A stretch of DNA of 64,000 bases, from assembly GCA_963815195.1 (NCBI GenBank), contig CAWFGE010000010.1, positions 96,001 through 160,000 of the forward strand, in the 5' to 3' direction. The translations under genes were made by a program, and so were the position numbers. The DNA is from an uncultured Planctomycetaceae bacterium (GTDB taxonomy: Bacteria; Planctomycetota; Planctomycetia; Planctomycetales; Planctomycetaceae). This document shows positions 59,671-64,000 of this stretch, piece after piece. A model generated the notes under the pieces. That model saw nothing but the letters and a program-made list of their open reading frames with translations, was not told the DNA's origin and did not search any database. Positions within the stretch are counted from its first letter, which is position 1; each line of letters starts with the position of its first letter.

Positions 59671-60939
59671 ATGATGCGATTGGCTTTGATCGGACTGGTT
59701 TCGCTGGCGGTTTGCGGGAGTTCGGTTTGGGGGTTTCCCGGTCCGGCGGCTCAATCGGGCGATTGGCCCTGGTGGCGCGGTCCCAGCCGGGATGGCGTGG
59801 CGGAGAAGGGCCAGAACGTGCCGGTTCGATGGTCGGCGAAGGAAAACGTGATTTGGAAAGCGCCGTTGCCGGGACGCGGGCACTCGTCGCCCACGGTCGT
59901 CGGGAACCGGATTTATCTTGCCACGGCCGATGAAAACCGGGAGGTCCAGAGCGTGATCGCCCTCGATCGCGGGACGGGCCAGTTGATCTGGAAGACCGAC
60001 GTGAGCCAAGGTGGTTTTCCGAAGACGCACCGCAAGAACTCCCACGCCACGCCGACGGTCGCCTGCGACGGGAAACTGCTGTTCGCCGCGTTTCATCATC
60101 ACGACCAGATCACGCTGACGGCCCTTGACCTCGACGGCAAACGCGTGTGGGAGAAAACCGTCGGGCCTTATGTGCCGAAGCGCTTTGAATACGGCTACGC
60201 CCCGTCGCCTTTGCTTTCGGGTTCGTTGGTAATCGTCGCGGCCGACTATGAAAAGGGCGGCTATCTCGCGGCGTACGAGCGGGTCAGCGGCAAGCTGGCT
60301 TGGCAGACGGACCGGCCGGCGAAATACAGTTTTTCTTCGCCCGTCGTCGCCCAAATCGCCGGACGCGAGCAGTTGCTGCTCAGCGGCGGCGATTTGATGG
60401 CCGCTTACGATCCGCAGACCGGCAAGGAACTCTGGTCCGCCCCCGGCACGACGATGGCCACCTGCGGCACCGTGGTCTGGAGCGGCGACCTCGCCATCGC
60501 CAGCGGCGGCTATCCCAAGGCGGAAACCATTTGCGTCAAAGCCGACGGCTCGGGAGAGGTCGTGTGGAAGAACAATCAGAAATGCTACGAGCAGTCGATG
60601 ATCGTTCACAACGGCTACGTTTATGCGGTGACCGATCGCGGCATCGGCATCTGTTGGCGGGCGGAGGACGGCGAGACGATGTGGCAGGTCCGGCTTGCGG
60701 GGCCGGTGTCGGCGTCGCCCGTCCGCGTAGGCGATGTGATTTATCAATCGATCGAAGACGGCAATACGTTCGTGTTCAAAGCCAACCCGCAAAAGCTCGA
60801 ACTCCTCGCCAAGAACAAGCTCGGCGAGGAAGCCTTCGCCACACCCACCGTCTGCGGCAACCACATCTACATTCGCACGGCCGAGACCCAAGGCGGCCGC
60901 CGACAGGAATACCTGTACTGCCTGGGTCTCAAAGATTAA
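59671..60939 (+). CDS. PQQ-binding-like beta-propeller protein
   Basis: DWPWWRGPSRDG, NVIWKAPLPGRGHSSP, HATPT, SFSSP, ASPV, FATP. Confidence 0.9.
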   Translation: MMRLALIGLVSLAVCGSSVWGFPGPAAQSGDWPWWRGPSRDGVAEKGQNVPVRWSAKENVIWKAPLPGRGHSSPTVVGNRIYLATADENREVQSVIALDRGTGQLIWKTDVSQGGFPKTHRKNSHATPTVACDGKLLFAAFHHHDQITLTALDLDGKRVWEKTVGPYVPKRFEYGYAPSPLLSGSLVIVAADYEKGGYLAAYERVSGKLAWQTDRPAKYSFSSPVVAQIAGREQLLLSGGDLMAAYDPQTGKELWSAPGTTMATCGTVVWSGDLAIASGGYPKAETICVKADGSGEVVWKNNQKCYEQSMIVHNGYVYAVTDRGIGICWRAEDGETMWQVRLAGPVSASPVRVGDVIYQSIEDGNTFVFKANPQKLELLAKNKLGEEAFATPTVCGNHIYIRTAETQGGRRQEYLYCLGLKD

Positions 60940-61437
60940 ATCCAGCCCAAAAGGTTTTTCTGGACGAGTGCCCGCGCTCATGCTGCGCACCGTCGGTTGT
61001 GAAGATCGGGGAAATATGAGTTTTCGTAAAAAACGGAAAGTCGGCTTCCTCCATTTCGTGGGGGCGAACTTTCGCGATGGTCCATTCCCGGCCGCGCGCA
61101 TCGCGGACTTTCCTTTGCTTTTCCATCCCGGAGGCTTTCAAGAATCTTTGAAGTTCGGACAATCTGAACAGGATCTCTTTGTTTATCAGACTCTGTACTT
61201 CCCCGGCGGGGTTTTAACAGAAATTCGCGAAGCGCCGAATCCGCGAGGTCGCTTTCCGGCGCACGATTTCGGCTGGGGGTTGGTCCCACGGCGGATTAAC
61301 GAATTTGTGCGGGTTTTGTTATCATGGACTTGGCCTTTTAACCGCACCGGCTGATTGGGCCTACCACCAAGGGCTCGCCTGTCGATGGCGGACCACTCAG
61401 AGAACGGAATCGACATGTCGCTGCTACGAGGTGAACG

Positions 61438-63408
61438 ATGCGTTGCAGATGGAATCTAAGAGTGACAATCCCAAGAGCACGTTTTCGCGGTGGCGTAATC
61501 GCCATGTTGGTGTGTTGCATCTCGTGCTGGCGACCCGTCACTTGCAAAGCCCAGCCGGCAGCGGACGGGGATTTCGCCGCGCAAAAGGCCGACGCGGAGA
61601 AGTTCTTTCGTAATCGTGTCACTCCGTTCATAAAAACCTATTGCATCGGCTGCCACTCGAACAAACGACCGACGGAAGCTGGGGTCAATTTTTCTCCTGC
61701 ACTGAAGAGCCCCGGTCACGCCGCCTTCAGCGAACAGTGGAAGAAGGCGATCGCAAGGGTCAGAGCCCACGACATGCCGCCCGAGTACATGGACAAGCAA
61801 CCGACCGATGAAGATCGCGAAATGTTCAGTGATTGGCTGGCGAAGATCAAGTTTCTCAGTCCGAAAGATCCGGGCCCCTTTGTCATTCGGCGGTTGACCA
61901 AGACGGAATATGGCAACACCTTGCGAGATCTCTTCGGTGTGGATCCGGCAATCGCCGATGAGTTGCCGGACGAGGTCAGCGGCGAAGGTTATCTCAACTC
62001 GCTGTCCCCCCTGCAATTGGAGCAGTATCTCTCGATCGCCCAAAAGGTGTTGGATCAAGTTCTGGCGCCGGAAGGTGCCCCACCCACGAAAATGCAAAAG
62101 CGACTCCTGGGTGAACTGCCCGCGCACGAAAAGGACGCCCGAGCGGCTGCGCGAAGAGTGGCCCAATCCCTCGCACGCAAGGCCTATCGTCGCCCCCCGT
62201 CCGAAGCGGAACTCGAAGTCCTGTTGAAGGTGTTCGATCTGGGGAAACAGAACAATCTCAACTATCGGGAGTCCGTTCGCTTGATGCTTAAGGCGATGCT
62301 CGTTTCTCCCCAGTTCCTGTTTATTACTCCGGCGGAAGAGGCGAAGCCTGATGTGGAGATTGTTCCTCTCGATGATCATCAACTCGCCTCGCGTTTATCC
62401 TATCTGTTGTGGGCGACCATGCCGGACGACGAGCTCATGGCGCTGGCGGATAGCGGCAAACTCCACGAGCCATCGATCCTCAAAGCGCAGGTGAAACGCT
62501 TGCTGATGGATCCTCGTTCCCGCGCTCTGTTTGACGGTTTTGGGGCGCAGTGGCTTGGGGTAGGGAATCTGCAGAGCAAGACCTTCGATCCTGACAAGTT
62601 TCCGCAAATGACCGGCGAAATGCGATTGGCCATGTATGATGAAGTCCGCCTCTTGTTTGAAAGCATCGTGCGGGAAGACCGAAATATTGTGGGTTTCATC
62701 GATTCTGATTACACGTTCCTCAACGAAAACCTGGCCACGATCTACGGCCTGGAAAAAACGGTCACTGGCCCCAAGATGCGAAAGGTTCGTCTTTCCGATC
62801 GAAATCGAGGGGGACTCTTGGGGATGCCCGGCGTTCTTGCGGCGACCTCGTTTCCCAATCGAACCAGCCCCGTCAAACGCGGTGTGTGGGTGCTGGAACA
62901 AGTGCTCGGGGACCACGTGCCGTCTCCCCCGCCGGACGTTCCGGCTTTGGAGAGACAGGATGAGAACACGGTCGCGAACCTGACGCTGCGCGAGCGCACG
63001 GAACTGCACCGCACGAATTCTGTCTGCGCAAACTGCCATAAGATACTCGACCCGATCGGGTTTGGTCTTGAGAACTTCGATGCCATCGGGCGCTGGCGCG
63101 ACCGGGACGACAACGGTGAGGCGATCGATGCTTCGGGTGAACTGCCGAGTGGGAAGCGTTTTCGGGGCCCCCGAGAATTGAAAACCATGATGGCCGGCCG
63201 CCTCGATGAAGTCTCTCGAAATCTTGTGGAGCGATTACTCGCCTATGCGTTGTGCCGAAAGTTGGAAGGCTATGACGAGATCGTGGTGGATGATTTGATG
63301 CAGGATGTCGCTCGTGATGGATACCGGATGCAGACCCTCATCACGGCGGTCGTCGCCAGTTATCCCTTCACGCATCGTCGAATTCAAAAAGAAAGGAACT
63401 CCAAATGA
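61438..63408 (+). CDS. DUF1592/DUF1588/DUF1587/DUF1595/DUF1585 planctomycete cytochrome c protein
   Basis: [63 protein letters not shown]; start uncertain. Confidence 0.93.
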   Translation: MRCRWNLRVTIPRARFRGGVIAMLVCCISCWRPVTCKAQPAADGDFAAQKADAEKFFRNRVTPFIKTYCIGCHSNKRPTEAGVNFSPALKSPGHAAFSEQWKKAIARVRAHDMPPEYMDKQPTDEDREMFSDWLAKIKFLSPKDPGPFVIRRLTKTEYGNTLRDLFGVDPAIADELPDEVSGEGYLNSLSPLQLEQYLSIAQKVLDQVLAPEGAPPTKMQKRLLGELPAHEKDARAAARRVAQSLARKAYRRPPSEAELEVLLKVFDLGKQNNLNYRESVRLMLKAMLVSPQFLFITPAEEAKPDVEIVPLDDHQLASRLSYLLWATMPDDELMALADSGKLHEPSILKAQVKRLLMDPRSRALFDGFGAQWLGVGNLQSKTFDPDKFPQMTGEMRLAMYDEVRLLFESIVREDRNIVGFIDSDYTFLNENLATIYGLEKTVTGPKMRKVRLSDRNRGGLLGMPGVLAATSFPNRTSPVKRGVWVLEQVLGDHVPSPPPDVPALERQDENTVANLTLRERTELHRTNSVCANCHKILDPIGFGLENFDAIGRWRDRDDNGEAIDASGELPSGKRFRGPRELKTMMAGRLDEVSRNLVERLLAYALCRKLEGYDEIVVDDLMQDVARDGYRMQTLITAVVASYPFTHRRIQKERNSK

Positions 63409-64000
63409 GCAAGAGCGTTCTAATGAATCGTCGCACCTGTTTGAAAGGCGTGGGAGCCTCGCTCGCCTTGCCCCTGTTGGATGCAATGAGTTGGGCGGAG
63501 ACAGCCAAAGGCCAGGCGAATAAACCACCAGTCCGCCTTGGATTCATGTACATGCCCCACGGCGTGATCATGGATCAATTCTGGCCCAAGGACGCGGAGA
63601 GTTTCTTGTCGTCGCCGCCGCCGGCCCTCGAATCGCTGCGCCCCGTACTCGACCAATGCCTATTAGTGAAGGGAATTTCGGGAGTCCCGATCTCTCCTTT
63701 TAATGGGGCGCCTCACGCGTTGGAATTGTCGACGTGGCTCACGGCGACTTTGCCGGACCCCGCCAAACGGAACGAGGTCCAGATTGGGATCTCCGCAGAT
63801 CAGATTGCCGCCAACTATGTGGGAGCCTTCACGACGTTGCCTTCTCTGGAATTGGCCACGATGCCACAAACTTGGAAGGAGAATCAGGAAGGGCTCAACG
63901 AGGCCTATTATTCGCATTGCAGTTTTCGCTCCCCGACCCAGGCCGTCCCTGCGGAAGTCAATCCACGCAACGTGCTCAATCGCTTATTCCACAAGCAGGA
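63405..64000 (+). CDS. DUF1552 family protein, 3'-truncated by the window edge
   Basis: [28 protein letters not shown]...[10 protein letters not shown]...ISADQIAA...PSLEL; ATGA overlap with the upstream stop; absent from the ORF track. Confidence 0.9.
   Translation, partial: MSKSVLMNRRTCLKGVGASLALPLLDAMSWAETAKGQANKPPVRLGFMYMPHGVIMDQFWPKDAESFLSSPPPALESLRPVLDQCLLVKGISGVPISPFNGAPHALELSTWLTATLPDPAKRNEVQIGISADQIAANYVGAFTTLPSLELATMPQTWKENQEGLNEAYYSHCSFRSPTQAVPAEVNPRNVLNRLFHKQ

Noticed and set aside
60940..61437. Small ORFs on both strands between the propeller and DUF1592 genes
   Set aside because: Overlapping short ORFs with no recognisable motif or clear RBS; possibly a gene remnant, but not assignable.

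Overview
GC-rich bacterial chromosome segment, almost certainly Planctomycetota. The evidence is two DUF1549/DUF1553 + DUF1501 modules, a DUF1592 + DUF1552 module, TIGR02996 and Minf_1886/TIGR04138 proteins, and PQQ-like propellers. Housekeeping and envelope genes include topB, mfd, a MoxR ATPase, a YhaO/YhaN-like pair, malic enzyme, skp-lpxC-lpxA plus a GnnA-like oxidoreductase, a GT2-GT4-epimerase cluster, SulP, an FHA-GAF-PP2C phosphatase and an ECF-type sigma factor. One ISAzo13-family IS with a 3-bp TTA duplication splits a CehA/McbA-type metallohydrolase. Many genes carry single-base frameshifts, most likely assembly indels. The most interesting signals are non-coding. (1) An orphan tRNA-Glu-like cloverleaf at 59537-59615 has a 15-nt anticodon loop and a paired A18/G55 change. 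(2) A sigma54 promoter, upstream palindromes and a terminator bracket an ORF-less ~80-nt transcript at 27733-27812. (3) Several REP-like repeat families occur, one copy lying in frame inside mfd. (4) A sigma28-like promoter precedes lpxA. Family assignments come from motif recognition by eye; no database searches were run.
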